Shown here: one piece after another, positions 10,873-22,669 of the stretch | How positions within the stretch are numbered: position 1 is the first letter of the stretch | Layout of the letters: each line of letters opens with the position of its first letter | Origin: Lysobacterales bacterium | GTDB taxonomy: Bacteria > Pseudomonadota > Gammaproteobacteria > Xanthomonadales > SZUA-5 | Assembly (NCBI GenBank): GCA_022844165.1 | Contig: JALHMH010000001.1 | Span: 32,001 to 96,000, forward strand | Direction: 5' to 3' | DNA: 64,000 nucleotides | Notes under the pieces: model-generated | Database searches by the model: none | Told to the model about the DNA's origin: nothing | What the model saw: the letters and a program-made list of their open reading frames with translations, nothing else | Translations under genes and position numbers: made by a program

Positions 10873-12177
10873 TCACGACAGTTGCGCAGGGATGCCGTGT
10901 TCGCGACCGGGCAACAACAAAGCCTCGATCGCCACAGGCTCGATGGTCGGCGCAATGTCGCGGCGAAAGCGGGCGACCAGCGCGTCTTCGCGCCAGTCGG
11001 CGCGTGTGGCAAGTGCCGCCATAGCGGCGCGGGACTCGCGGCCTTCGCCCACACATTCGAAGGGCTTGTGCGCGCCCCATTCCAGCAGCGCGTCGTAAGC
11101 CGCTGTCAGCGCCGGATCGTCGAGAAAATTGCGGCCGAAGATGGCCAGCAGCGCCGGCTTGGTCATAAACGGCGCCAACGCCAGAAACACGAAGTGGCAC
11201 TTTGGACACTCACCGCACCAGCGCGACTCAGGACGTGGGCCGAGAATCTTGAAGTTGCGATTGCAGCTGGAAAAGTGCGCGTGATACCGATCCAGCGCCG
11301 CGAATCGTTCGGCGACGGCTAACTCGCTCAGCGGACGCAGGTAGGAGTAATACACCAGGTCGCTGGCCACCTCGGCACGCACGATCGCCGCGAACGCACG
11401 TTCGAAAGCCCAGCCTTTGCTCCATTGATGGTTGATTGGCTGTCCATCGCGCGTAAAGTTCTCCACACTTGCCGACGACTCGTTGGAAAATGCGATGCCA
11501 TCGTAGCCGTACAGCAGAGCCGCACACACGAGGACCGCGGAGTTGATGGCAGTGACCGGAATATGGCCGTTGTATGCGCCTTGTCGATTCAGTTCAAAAA
11601 GCTGCGGAGCGATATGTCGCTCGATATTGAGCACCGGCGCTCCAGAGATTCGCGCACACGCGGCAATCAAATCGGATTTGCCGACGTAAGTCGCGGCGAC
11701 CGGTTCGCCGCGTGTGCGCAATTCCTCCAGCGTGACAATGGAGTCTTTGCCGCCACCGATTGGTACCAACGTGCGTTTGCTCAAACCCAGCATCGCTGCC
11801 GGGGCGCGGCTCTCGCCGCCAGCGAAGCTGATGTAACCGCGCAGATCGATGCCATTGGCAACTGCGAATTCGCCGAGACCTTGCACATAAACGTCGGTCA
11901 AAAACTCGGCGCGCCTGTCTGACATCGGTGCGAGTTCAATGCGCGGCGGCAATAGAGCCTTGTAATAACTGACACCAGCGATGGCGTGCAGCAAACTGAT
12001 CGCCGATTGCACTGCTTCGCGGCGGGCGGCGGGTATCGCAGGTGTGCCCGGAAACAAGATGCGTTCGATGAGCGGTTCGCTATCGTCGAATTGATAGGGC
12101 AGTGTCAGCACGCCGTCAGCATACGTCGGCGCTAAAAAACGCAGCACTCTGGCCTTGGCAACAATCTCAGAGCGCAT
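10873..12177 (-). CDS. murL: UDP-MurNAc-L-Ala-L-Glu epimerase
   Basis: GVSYYKA, GGGKDS, NGHIPVTA, NHQWSK, SSCNRNF, WCGECPKC, KPFECVG; follows lysAC as in Xanthomonadales. Confidence 0.88.
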   Translation of the reverse strand: MRSEIVAKARVLRFLAPTYADGVLTLPYQFDDSEPLIERILFPGTPAIPAARREAVQSAISLLHAIAGVSYYKALLPPRIELAPMSDRRAEFLTDVYVQGLGEFAVANGIDLRGYISFAGGESRAPAAMLGLSKRTLVPIGGGKDSIVTLEELRTRGEPVAATYVGKSDLIAACARISGAPVLNIERHIAPQLFELNRQGAYNGHIPVTAINSAVLVCAALLYGYDGIAFSNESSASVENFTRDGQPINHQWSKGWAFERAFAAIVRAEVASDLVYYSYLRPLSELAVAERFAALDRYHAHFSSCNRNFKILGPRPESRWCGECPKCHFVFLALAPFMTKPALLAIFGRNFLDDPALTAAYDALLEWGAHKPFECVGEGRESRAAMAALATRADWREDALVARFRRDIAPTIEPVAIEALLLPGREHGIPAQLS

Positions 12178-14725
12178 CGCTGAAAATCTCCCTGGCAGGC
12201 TCGCGCTGGTTGTAACGCGAAGACATCACAGCGCCATAGGCACCCGCATTGGCAATGAGCAGTACGTCGCCTTCGATCGGATTGGCGATCCAGCGATCGC
12301 TGCCCAACACATCGCTGGATTCGCAAATCGGTCCAACAATATCGCAGAGCGTTGCAGCCGGTTGATCGGCGCGGCTTAGATTGCTGATCGCGTGCCAGGC
12401 ATCATAGAGGGCAGGCCTGAGTAAATGGTGCATCCCGGTATCGACGCCGACCTGAAGGATGTCGCCCTTGCGGCGAACCTGAGTGACCCGCGTTAGCAAG
12501 ACGCCCGCTTCGGCGACCAGGTAACGACCGGGTTCGATCCATACCTCGAACGGCTGAAACAACGTGCGCACATGCGCTAACGTCGATCGCAGTCGGTCGA
12601 TATCGAGTTCGTCGTCGTCGCTGGCGTATGGCACGCCCAATCCGCCACCGATATCGAGCACGCGTACGGCCGGAAAGTGATCTGCCAGTGACGCGAGCCC
12701 GGCGTAAACATCGCGCCAGTGATTGGGATCGATTTCGCCGCTGCCCAGATGCGCATGCAAACCAACCACAGTTGCGCCCGCCGCGTCTGCAGCCGCTCGC
12801 GCCGCGACAGCTTCGCCGATCAGCAGGCCGAACTTGCTGCGCCCGCCGCCGGTCTTGACCTTGTCATGGTGACCCACGCCACGGCCAAGATCGAAACGCA
12901 AGAGCAGCGAGCGCCCGGCGAACAGTTCGGGCCATTGTTGCAACGGATACAAACTGTCGATCGTGACATTCACGCCGCGAGCCAAAGCCGCCTCATACTC
13001 GGCGCGTGGGGCAAAATTGGGCGTGAACAAAATGCGCTCCGGCTCCAGCTTCGGTAGCGTCGTGCATACATGATCGAGTTCCGCCAGAGAAACGCATTCC
13101 ATGCCAATTCCGCCAGCGGCGATGCGCCTCAGAATGTCGGGATGTGCGTTGGCTTTAAGCGCATAGAAGCAGCGATCGGCACCGATCGACTTGACGCGCT
13201 CTATCGCTGCGCCCAACTGTGAGCTGGCATAGACATAGGTGGGTGCCGATCCTGCAAGTTCGAGCAGCATTTCTCCAGACGATTGCCACCAGGCATTGCG
13301 TGGCGAGGGCTGGTTGCCAAGTAGCGTGTTCCACGCTGGACCGAACACGCTGTCGCCGGGCGCGCCAATTAATCCTGCCTTCACCAGTTGACAATGCAAT
13401 CGCTCGACGATGCCCTCCGCATCGCTGGCATCGATCACGAACGTCAGATTCAAGTTGTTCGACGATTGCGAAATCAAATGGACGCGTCGCTCGCCGATCT
13501 CGGCGAGCACATCGCTGAGTCGGTGCATCATCGCGCGCATGCCGCGGCCGACCAGCGTTATCGCCACGCAGGGGGCGATGACTTTCACCCGGCAAACCTG
13601 CGCCAGGTCTTCACATAGTGCGGTCAACGCTCGCTGGTCGAGCAGGTTCTCGCTCGGATCAAGCGATACCGTCACGTTGGTCTCCGCCGAGCCGATCAGG
13701 TCCACCGAAAGGCCATGGCGTTTGAAGCGTTCGAAGACGTCTGCCAAAAATCCCACCTGCTGCCACATGCCGATGCTCTCCATCGACACCAGCGTGATGC
13801 CCGTGCGCATCGAAACCGCTTTGACACTCAAGCGTTGCGTGGCTGCTTCCGGGCCAATCACAGTGCCGGCCAATTCGGGGCGCTCAGTGTCCTTGATGAG
13901 CAGCGGCACGCGGGCTTCGCGCACCGGGTTGATTGCGCGTGGATGCAGCACTTTTGCGCCGGTGGTTGCGATCTCTTGCGCCTCGTCATAATCCAGCTCG
14001 CGTAACAACCGTGCGTTTGGCACGAGTTTCGGATTGGCACTGAACATGCCCGGTACATCGGTCCAGATTTCCACGCGTGCAGCGCCCAGCAGAGCGCCGA
14101 AATAGCTCGCCGAAGTGTCCGAGCCGCCGCGGCCAAGCAGCACGGTCTGGCCCAATATGTTGCGGGCAATGAAGCCTTGCGTGATCGAGAGCGGTGTTTC
14201 GTGACTCCAGCGCCGCGCAATCGATGCATTGAGCTCGGGCGAACACTGCGCGCTAAGCGAGCGTGCCCAGGCGGTATCGTGTTCCGCATCGATACTGCAC
14301 AGGTAGTGGCGGGCGTCTCGCCAGGTCGTCTTGAGTCCGGCGCGATTGAGGAAAGCAGCGCCCAACGTACTGCTCAGCAGCTCGCCGCACGCCAGCAGTG
14401 CCGCCTGTTGCGCTGGCTCCGGATGCGCGATCAATGCCGTTCTCGCAACCTCGAATTCGGCCCAGATGGCGTCCAGGCAGTTGACCGGCACGGCCAGTTC
14501 ATCGGCCATACGCCGATGTCGATCGATGATCGCTCCGACCATCGTTTGATCGCCTGGTGCTTCGGCCAGTGCTTTAAGGCGATCGGTCATTCCCGATAGT
14601 GCCGACACCACGATCAACACCGGTCCCTGCCGCAGGCGATCCTCGGCAATGGTGGCGATGTTCGCCCAGCGGTTTTGCGTTGAGACGCTGGTACCGCCGA
14701 ATTTTAGAACTGTAATGGCAGACAT
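12167..14725 (-). CDS. lysAC: Bifunctional aspartate kinase / diaminopimelate decarboxylase
   Basis: VLKFGGTSV, LGRGGSDTSA, ACT region, then YALKAN, HLGSG, EPGRYLVA, GPICESSD. Confidence 0.93.
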   Translation of the reverse strand: MSAITVLKFGGTSVSTQNRWANIATIAEDRLRQGPVLIVVSALSGMTDRLKALAEAPGDQTMVGAIIDRHRRMADELAVPVNCLDAIWAEFEVARTALIAHPEPAQQAALLACGELLSSTLGAAFLNRAGLKTTWRDARHYLCSIDAEHDTAWARSLSAQCSPELNASIARRWSHETPLSITQGFIARNILGQTVLLGRGGSDTSASYFGALLGAARVEIWTDVPGMFSANPKLVPNARLLRELDYDEAQEIATTGAKVLHPRAINPVREARVPLLIKDTERPELAGTVIGPEAATQRLSVKAVSMRTGITLVSMESIGMWQQVGFLADVFERFKRHGLSVDLIGSAETNVTVSLDPSENLLDQRALTALCEDLAQVCRVKVIAPCVAITLVGRGMRAMMHRLSDVLAEIGERRVHLISQSSNNLNLTFVIDASDAEGIVERLHCQLVKAGLIGAPGDSVFGPAWNTLLGNQPSPRNAWWQSSGEMLLELAGSAPTYVYASSQLGAAIERVKSIGADRCFYALKANAHPDILRRIAAGGIGMECVSLAELDHVCTTLPKLEPERILFTPNFAPRAEYEAALARGVNVTIDSLYPLQQWPELFAGRSLLLRFDLGRGVGHHDKVKTGGGRSKFGLLIGEAVAARAAADAAGATVVGLHAHLGSGEIDPNHWRDVYAGLASLADHFPAVRVLDIGGGLGVPYASDDDELDIDRLRSTLAHVRTLFQPFEVWIEPGRYLVAEAGVLLTRVTQVRRKGDILQVGVDTGMHHLLRPALYDAWHAISNLSRADQPAATLCDIVGPICESSDVLGSDRWIANPIEGDVLLIANAGAYGAVMSSRYNQREPAREIFSDAL

Positions 14726-14832
14726 CCAGGCGACCAGGGTTGTATTGTTGCGACGCAATATAGTCCGATCGATATGCGTCGCGGCGCAACAAATTTCGTC
14801 GGTGTGACGTTGTTTTGGACGTTCAGCGATCA

Positions 14833-14862
14833 TTGACAAGGCGCGGCTTTCACACTTAGTCT
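14833..14862 (+). promoter_or_regulatory. Candidate sigma70 promoter for the 14934 gene
   Basis: TTGACA - 18 nt - TAGTCT in the divergent intergenic region. Confidence 0.35.
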
Positions 14863-14933
14863 CCGCACCACGTCTGCTTCTAACGCAGACGAAGACGTCA
14901 GCCCCATTTGCTCGAACCAGGGATTTCATAAAA

Positions 14934-15617
14934 ATGAATGCGCGCCCATTGATTGTCGCTGCTGCCGTTGCCGCAGCGCTTGCTTCGCCCTTCGTACTCG
15001 CTCAAAAGCCAACCGATTCCGGTCCGCAGTTCTCGTCCAGCGCGCCGCGCGGCGGCGACAATCCGGACGGCACGCCGACCTTGACGGTCAATGTGCCCGT
15101 CGGTGGCGCACAATCCATTAACGCCTGCGATTTTGCTGCTGTGACTGCCGGCAACTTCACGATTCCGATTAACCTTGGTGCCAACGCGGTCATCACCGGC
15201 TTGGGCGGCACGGGTACCATTAACGCGCCGGCGCCGAGCTTTTTGTCTGAGGCCGCCGTGCAGGTCCGTGGCGCGGTGGTTGCCGAAGTGATTCGGTTCC
15301 GTCCGCTCTCGACCAACGCCGCGCCCGGCGTCGCACCTTACAACGTGCCGGTGATCGATTTGTCCGGCGCTACGCTGCCGAACATCACCGGTGGACCTTC
15401 AGGCAACTTTATCCTCGAGTTCTGCGAGACGTTCGATGACGGCCCGGGCGCAGATGCCACCTGGGTTGCGCCGAGCTTCATCAGCCTGGCTTGCTTCAGC
15501 TGCTTCGATCCGTTTGCAGCTCGCATCTCGGTGCCGTCGACCAGCACCTGGAGCTTGATCGCTCTGCTGCTCGCTCTCGGCGTTGCCGGTGGTGTGGCGG
15601 TTCGTCGCTTCTCGTAA
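14934..15617 (+). CDS. Secreted protein with IPTL-CTERM-like sorting tail
   Basis: Signal peptide; C-terminus VPSTSTWSLIALLLALGVAGGVAVRR (motif, TM helix, basic residues). Confidence 0.75.
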   Translation: MNARPLIVAAAVAAALASPFVLAQKPTDSGPQFSSSAPRGGDNPDGTPTLTVNVPVGGAQSINACDFAAVTAGNFTIPINLGANAVITGLGGTGTINAPAPSFLSEAAVQVRGAVVAEVIRFRPLSTNAAPGVAPYNVPVIDLSGATLPNITGGPSGNFILEFCETFDDGPGADATWVAPSFISLACFSCFDPFAARISVPSTSTWSLIALLLALGVAGGVAVRRFS

Positions 15618-15649
15618 GATCTGTCGTCCGCGCTTCGGCGCGGTGGCTG

Positions 15650-15680
15650 CAAAAATGCCCGCTCAATGCGGGCATTTTTG
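15650..15680. terminator. Intrinsic terminator hairpin, bidirectional type
   Basis: CAAAAATGCCCGC-tcaat-GCGGGCATTTTTG. Confidence 0.8.
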
Positions 15681-15701
15681 TCTGCGCAGTTTGGAGTGTT
15701 T

Positions 15702-16571
15702 ATGGCCTTGCGACCCTTCGTTCAAATCGACGTGTTCACACGCGAACCGATGCGTGGCAACGCGTTGGCAGTGATTTTGGATGGTCGGGGATTGTCGACG
15801 ACCGCCATGCAGTTGTTCGCGCAATGGACCAACCTGTCGGAAACGACCTTCGTTGTTGAGCCCACGTCGCCAAACGCAAGTTATGCACTGCGAATCTTCA
15901 CGCCGAAATCCGAACTGCCGTTTGCCGGGCATCCGAGTGTCGGTACCGCCTGGGCTCTGTTGGACGCCGGTATCATCCAGGGCAATCACCATATCCAGGA
16001 GTGTGCCGCAGGTCTGCTGACGGTGAGCGTCGTCGAAGACCGTGGTGTGCGCCGGGTATCTGTGCAATCGCCGCAAGCGCAGCGACATGCGTTGAGTCCG
16101 GCGATCGTCGAGGCTCTGCCGCGCGCGCTTGGATCGCCCGTGAGCGGCGAGCGACCGATTCGCTCGGATGTGGGTGCACGCTGGCTGCTGGTCGAAATGC
16201 CGAATCGCGCCACCGTCCGCGCCGTTGTACCGGATCGTCCAGCACTGATCGCCGTGAGCGAACAGGCCGGCGTCGTCGGCATCGCGGTGTTTTCGTTCGA
16301 ACCCGGGTTGCCCATCCCGCTCGAACTGCGGGCATTCGCGCCGATCGATGGGATCGACGAGGATCCGGTGACCGGTAGCGCCCAGGCCGCTGTCGCCGAC
16401 TGGTTGCTTGCGCAGGGGCGGCTGGATGCGCTCCATGGCCGATATCTGGCGAGCCAGGGTCATGCGCTTGGCCGCGATGGTCGCGTTCATGTGTTTGTGG
16501 ATTCGGATCGCCGCGTACATATCGGTGGCGAATGTGTCGCGCTCATCCGAGGCGCGGTCGCTATTGACTGA
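15702..16571 (+). CDS. PhzF family isomerase/epimerase
   Basis: [36 protein letters not shown]. Confidence 0.9.
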   Translation: MALRPFVQIDVFTREPMRGNALAVILDGRGLSTTAMQLFAQWTNLSETTFVVEPTSPNASYALRIFTPKSELPFAGHPSVGTAWALLDAGIIQGNHHIQECAAGLLTVSVVEDRGVRRVSVQSPQAQRHALSPAIVEALPRALGSPVSGERPIRSDVGARWLLVEMPNRATVRAVVPDRPALIAVSEQAGVVGIAVFSFEPGLPIPLELRAFAPIDGIDEDPVTGSAQAAVADWLLAQGRLDALHGRYLASQGHALGRDGRVHVFVDSDRRVHIGGECVALIRGAVAID

Positions 16572-16645
16572 ACGCAACCTCGAGATCAGGAACACCTGCC
16601 GGTACCCACGGTCTATCTTACGATTACCGCACAAGAGAGCATCCC

Positions 16646-17326
16646 ATGTTTCGTTTGGTCCTTGTTTGTTCGCTGTTGTTCGCCATCGCTGGGTGTAGCG
16701 AAGAGACGCCGCCCGAACCGCAGGTGCTGCCGCCTGCTTTGCCGGGTGTGAAGCAGACAGTAACAGCTTCCGTCGCGATGTCGCCCTATCAGACTGCGCT
16801 TGCGTCTCTGCGCAATGCCCGTTCGTATGCATATTCGGCTGACATCACCAGTCCCGAGGGGCAGACCACAATGAACGGTGCTCAGCAGGACGGTCGTCAT
16901 CTGATCGTCGTGCAATCGTCTCCAGCAAACACCAGCGATGGTCGATGGTTGCTGCAAGGTGGCCGATCGCACCGCGAAGTCAACGGCCGATTCGAATCGC
17001 AACCGACCAGTGTTCGCGGATACGATGCAGTCGTGAACGCGCTCACCGCTCTGCCCGCAAATGATGATAGTGCGCTGCCGGACGCTGGCTCTGACGCTTG
17101 TCAGTTGCGTCGATTCGATCTCCAGCAACTGCGTTCGCTGTCCGACCGATACACCGCTTTTGAGGTTTGCATCACAGACCAGCCGCCAATGGTCACCGAA
17201 TTGCGCGCAACCGAGGTGGATGGTCGGCGCGTCGAGTTGCGCCTGAAGGACTACGGCGTTGCCGTCACGATCCCGGATGCCGGCGTCAAGGAGTGGTGGC
17301 AGGAGTATCCTCAGACCAGGCCGTGA
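16646..17326 (+). CDS. Hypothetical lipoprotein
   Basis: Lipobox IAGC after a hydrophobic stretch. Confidence 0.7.
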   Translation: MFRLVLVCSLLFAIAGCSEETPPEPQVLPPALPGVKQTVTASVAMSPYQTALASLRNARSYAYSADITSPEGQTTMNGAQQDGRHLIVVQSSPANTSDGRWLLQGGRSHREVNGRFESQPTSVRGYDAVVNALTALPANDDSALPDAGSDACQLRRFDLQQLRSLSDRYTAFEVCITDQPPMVTELRATEVDGRRVELRLKDYGVAVTIPDAGVKEWWQEYPQTRP

Positions 17327-17420
17327 TTGCGGTTTGCGGCCAACGTCCCAATCGTCGATTGTGGGTGTGTCCGTAGCCCTCGACGTCAACGCGGTATTGC
17401 CCGCATGCTTGGAAGTTTGA

Positions 17421-18911
<1,491 letters not shown>

Positions 18912-18915
18912 ACGA

Positions 18916-19332
18916 TCACTGTGGCGCGCCAACTTTCTCTTCGCGGCGCGCCACTTTGACGGCCTTGTAGTCCACCGGTCGAATCTGTTCGATGTAGCAC
19001 GATTGCTCTTCGAACTGGACGCGATCAAAACGGCGGCTGATGATGTTGTTGCTCTCCGTGATGCGAATGGCGGTTTGGAACTCGAGGCCATGGCAAGGCG
19101 CCCGCAGCGTCAAAAGAAAGGCGCGATTGACCGTCGTCCAAATGACCAGGTGGCTGGGCGATAGCGATTGCCAGCGATCGACTCCGGTGAGCGTGCGCAC
19201 GCGTTCGACCGGCTCGCCGGCAAATTGCTCGAAACGGGCGAGTTCGGCATCCTGTCGCGCCCGAAATTCTTCGCCAACGCTGGCGCAACCGCCAACGCCG
19301 ATCGTCACCACTGCAAGCCAAATCGATTTCAT
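18916..19332 (-). CDS. Lipoprotein, DUF6491-like
   Basis: Lipobox VGGC; W-x-x-L...AFLLTL..PC..L and terminal C.I..IRP pattern. Confidence 0.65.
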   Translation of the reverse strand: MKSIWLAVVTIGVGGCASVGEEFRARQDAELARFEQFAGEPVERVRTLTGVDRWQSLSPSHLVIWTTVNRAFLLTLRAPCHGLEFQTAIRITESNNIISRRFDRVQFEEQSCYIEQIRPVDYKAVKVARREEKVGAPQ

Positions 19333-19396
19333 GACGGAACTCCAAAACACGTTGGTCCATTGTGCAGAGCACCACCTAAAGTTGCGCTAAGTGCCG

Positions 19397-20968
19397 ATGA
19401 ACTTCCGTCCATACATGGCGCTGATCCTGTGCTGGCTTTTATTGGGCGCTTTCTTGCGCGTTCAACAGTTGCCCGGCCAGTGGCTTGCCGACGATGAGTG
19501 GCATGCGATTCACGTTTTGCAGGCGACGCAGGGCTACGGCGCGCTCTTGGGTTACGTGGGCGTAGCCGACGTATCGACGCCGTTGGTGCTCTACTTTCGA
19601 CTCTGGGCAGAGGGCGCTGGATTAGATGAGGTGCGAATGCGCCTGCCATCGGTTCTCTCCGGTCTGTTCCTGCTCGTGATGGCCGCGCCTGCCGCCTGGC
19701 GTCGCTATGGCGCGACGACCGCCTGCATCTTCACTGGCCTCCTGGCGCTCAGTCCGATGCTGATCTACTACAGCCGCAGTTCGCGGCCGTATGCGATTGC
19801 GCTGTTGTTGGCCTGGGTCGCGCTGGCGGCGGCCATCCGATGGCGCGCCGCGCCGCACGCGCTGAGCGCCTTGACCTATTTGTCGTGCGCAACCATTGCC
19901 AGCTGGATGCATTCAAGTGTCTTGCCTTTCGTCGGTGCGCCGCTGGTTTGGATCGCCATCGAACAGTGGCGTTCGCGATCGCCTGCCGCTGGCGGAACGC
20001 TGCTGTTGGGTCTGTTGACACTGGTACCTGTTGCCGCCCTGACGCTGTGGCCGATGTGGCGCAACCGCAGCGTGTTGGCGGAGCGAATGGGCGGCGATCT
20101 GCCGACGATCGAAACGCTCGCCGGCGTTGCGCACATGTGGACCAGCGCGGCGTACGTACCCGTGGTCGCAATCTGGCTGGGACTGGCGGCCATCGGCGCA
20201 TGGCAGCTGATTCGTGCACGCGATGAGTGGCTTTTGTTCGGCGCTGTCGGCCTGGCGGCGACGCTGCTCAGCGTGCTGATGTTGCAGCCATCCTGGGTGC
20301 ATTTTCCGCTGACCGCGGCGCGTTACCACCTGGCTGGATTGCCATTGTTGCTGCTCTGCATCGCTTGCGGCGCTACGTGGCTGAGTTCGCGATGGCGGTT
20401 CGCGGGCATGGCTCTGGCCGCGTTGCCGCTACTTGCGCTTGCAGGCGGCAGCACGCTCGAACTGGTCGAACGTCCGAACCAGTTCTCGCAACACAGCTGG
20501 TATCAGTTCGATGTGCGCCCGTCCAGCCTTATACGTCGGGAGCTTGGTCCGATCCCGCAATCGCCGTTCTGGAAATCGCTGGCAGCCTATCCGCCCAAAT
20601 CTCTGACCCTGGTGGTGGCGGGGCACCAATTCGAGAGCTTTACGGTGAACGATGTGCGCTGGCAACGAATCCACAAGCAACGGGTGCTGGCCGGCCAGCG
20701 CAACGGCCTTTGCGGCAATCCGCCATACTTGGGCGAAGGCAATCGATCACGTGGGGTGCAGCTGCGCAACGCGGTCGATCTTGCGGACGACGGGCAATTG
20801 CGCGCTGCGCGCGCCGATTACATCGTGTTCAACCTGACCATCTGGCAGCAATATCAACAGGAGACTCTGGATTTGCAGCGCTGCATCGACAGTATTGAAA
20901 AACGCTACGGCCCGCCCGTATGGCAGGATGCTGACGTGGTCGCCTTCAAGTTGAGCGGCGAGTCATGA
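19397..20968 (+). CDS. Polytopic membrane protein, GT-C (PMT/ArnT-like) glycosyltransferase
   Basis: DDEW after the first TM helix, RLPSV, YYSRSSRPYA, many TM helices; coupled to a GT2 gene. Confidence 0.65.
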   Translation: MNFRPYMALILCWLLLGAFLRVQQLPGQWLADDEWHAIHVLQATQGYGALLGYVGVADVSTPLVLYFRLWAEGAGLDEVRMRLPSVLSGLFLLVMAAPAAWRRYGATTACIFTGLLALSPMLIYYSRSSRPYAIALLLAWVALAAAIRWRAAPHALSALTYLSCATIASWMHSSVLPFVGAPLVWIAIEQWRSRSPAAGGTLLLGLLTLVPVAALTLWPMWRNRSVLAERMGGDLPTIETLAGVAHMWTSAAYVPVVAIWLGLAAIGAWQLIRARDEWLLFGAVGLAATLLSVLMLQPSWVHFPLTAARYHLAGLPLLLLCIACGATWLSSRWRFAGMALAALPLLALAGGSTLELVERPNQFSQHSWYQFDVRPSSLIRRELGPIPQSPFWKSLAAYPPKSLTLVVAGHQFESFTVNDVRWQRIHKQRVLAGQRNGLCGNPPYLGEGNRSRGVQLRNAVDLADDGQLRAARADYIVFNLTIWQQYQQETLDLQRCIDSIEKRYGPPVWQDADVVAFKLSGES

Positions 20969-21720
20969 TCCTTGGCCAGAAAGTCGCCGTCGTACTGCCT
21001 GCATATAACGCGGCGCTCACGCTGGAGCGAACGTATCGCGCCCTGCCGCTCGATATCGTCGATCGCGTCATCCTGGTCGACGACGCGAGCCGCGATGACA
21101 CAGCGCGACTCGCCGAGCAGCTGGGATTGCAGACCATTGTGCATCCGCGCAATCGTGGTTACGGCGGCAATCAAAAAACCTGCTACGACGCGGCGCTGAA
21201 GAGTGGTGCCGATATCGTCGTCATGGTACATCCGGACTATCAATACGATCCGCGCCTTGTGCCAGCGATGGTGGGCATGATTGCCTCAGGGGTTTACGAT
21301 GTCGTGCTCGGTTCGCGCATTCTCGGCAAGGGTGCGCTCAGCGGCGGCATGCCGCTTTGGAAGTACATCGCTAATCGAGGCCTGACGCTGATCGAAAATT
21401 TGGCGCTCGGCGCCAAACTCAGCGAATACCACACCGGCTACCGGGCGTATCACCGTCGTGTACTGGAGACGTTGGCGCTGGAGCAAAACTCAGACGATTT
21501 CGTGTTCGACAATGAGTTTCTGGCGCAGGCGATTCTCGGTGGCTTTCGTATGGGCGAAATCTCATGCCCGACACGGTACTTCGAGGAAGCCAGCTCGATT
21601 AATTTTCAGCGCTCTGTGCGCTATGGTTTTGGCGTGCTGCGCGTTTCGCTCGAAGGGTTGCTGCACCGGACCGGGCTGAAAAAGCACCTGCGCTACGAAC
21701 TGCGATCGCCCACCGTCTGA
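20965..21720 (+). CDS. Glycosyltransferase family 2 (DPM synthase-like)
   Basis: VVLPAYN, VDDASRD, NRGYGGNQK, HPDYQY. Confidence 0.9.
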   Translation: MILGQKVAVVLPAYNAALTLERTYRALPLDIVDRVILVDDASRDDTARLAEQLGLQTIVHPRNRGYGGNQKTCYDAALKSGADIVVMVHPDYQYDPRLVPAMVGMIASGVYDVVLGSRILGKGALSGGMPLWKYIANRGLTLIENLALGAKLSEYHTGYRAYHRRVLETLALEQNSDDFVFDNEFLAQAILGGFRMGEISCPTRYFEEASSINFQRSVRYGFGVLRVSLEGLLHRTGLKKHLRYELRSPTV

Positions 21721-22637
21721 GTCGAAACCGTACCGGCCGCATCTTTGCGCACCCAGGGCTCGGCAAACACCGCGGCCAGAATCAACGCTACGCCAAGGTA
21801 GAACTGCAAAGACAACTCGCGCTGTTCGGCGAGCAACGGAATGGCCAGCAGAATCGCATACACGGGTTCGAGATTGATCGCCAACTGCGCCTGATATGCG
21901 CTCAGTTGCCGCAGGGCGACCAGCGACAGCGCGAACGGCAGTAGTGTGCAGCCAAACGCCAACAGCAGCATCAACAGCGCATCGCGGCCATCAAGCACCG
22001 GAAACACCGGTCCGAGTGCCGGCCACGCGGCGCCGAGCAGCATCAGCAACACTGCCCCGGCGCCGAGTTCCAGCGCTGTCACCGAGAGTGCCGCGTGGTG
22101 GCCAATATGGCATTTGTTCAAAGCACCAAACAACGCCACCAGGAGTGCTGAGAGCGTGCCCACGGCAATCCCAGCGTACATACTGGGAGCCACGCCACCG
22201 ACCACCAGCGCCACGCCCGGCACAGCAATGACCGCCAGCCATAGCTCGCGCGGCTCAAAACGCTTGCCGGTGATCCACGGTTCGAGAACGGCCAGAAAGA
22301 TCGGTGTCAGCGCGATGCAGGTCACCGCAATCGACGCGTTCGCCAGTTTGATCGAGCCGTAGAACGTGAGCCAATGCAGTGCGACCAGCGCGCCAATTCC
22401 GGCGAAAACCCAGCGCTGTTTGACGGTCATCGCTGCGATTCCGAGCCAGACTCGTCTCATCAGCGCCAGTGCCGCCACCACCAGACACATCCGCCAGATC
22501 ACCAAGCCCAGGGCCGGCAAGGTAATCAGCTTGCCGAGAATGGCGGTAAATCCCCAGAGCACCACGCAGAAGTGTATCTGCAGCAGCGCCAGGCGCCGCG
22601 GGTGGAGTCCGGAAACGACGCGCTCAATCACAGGCAT
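21693..22637 (-). CDS. DMT/EamA family transporter
   Basis: LWGFTAILGKLI, HWLTFYGSIK, NLEPVY, about 10 TM helices; an alternative TTG start lies at 22673. Confidence 0.85.
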   Translation of the reverse strand: MPVIERVVSGLHPRRLALLQIHFCVVLWGFTAILGKLITLPALGLVIWRMCLVVAALALMRRVWLGIAAMTVKQRWVFAGIGALVALHWLTFYGSIKLANASIAVTCIALTPIFLAVLEPWITGKRFEPRELWLAVIAVPGVALVVGGVAPSMYAGIAVGTLSALLVALFGALNKCHIGHHAALSVTALELGAGAVLLMLLGAAWPALGPVFPVLDGRDALLMLLLAFGCTLLPFALSLVALRQLSAYQAQLAINLEPVYAILLAIPLLAEQRELSLQFYLGVALILAAVFAEPWVRKDAAGTVSTQTVGDRSS

Positions 22638-22669
22638 TCGTCCGAACGTATTGAGAATCGATGCCGGCG

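Noticed and set aside
9600-11054. Long antisense ORFs (e.g. 9600-11054, 53960-55441, 23036-24013, 45223-46338)
   Set aside because: Shadow frames of well-supported genes in GC-rich DNA, with no recognisable motifs.
14726-14929. 68-aa N-terminal extension of lysAC in the ORF track
   Set aside because: The kinase motif begins right after Met at 14725, and the extension spans the divergent promoter region. Similar over-long starts were trimmed for several other genes.
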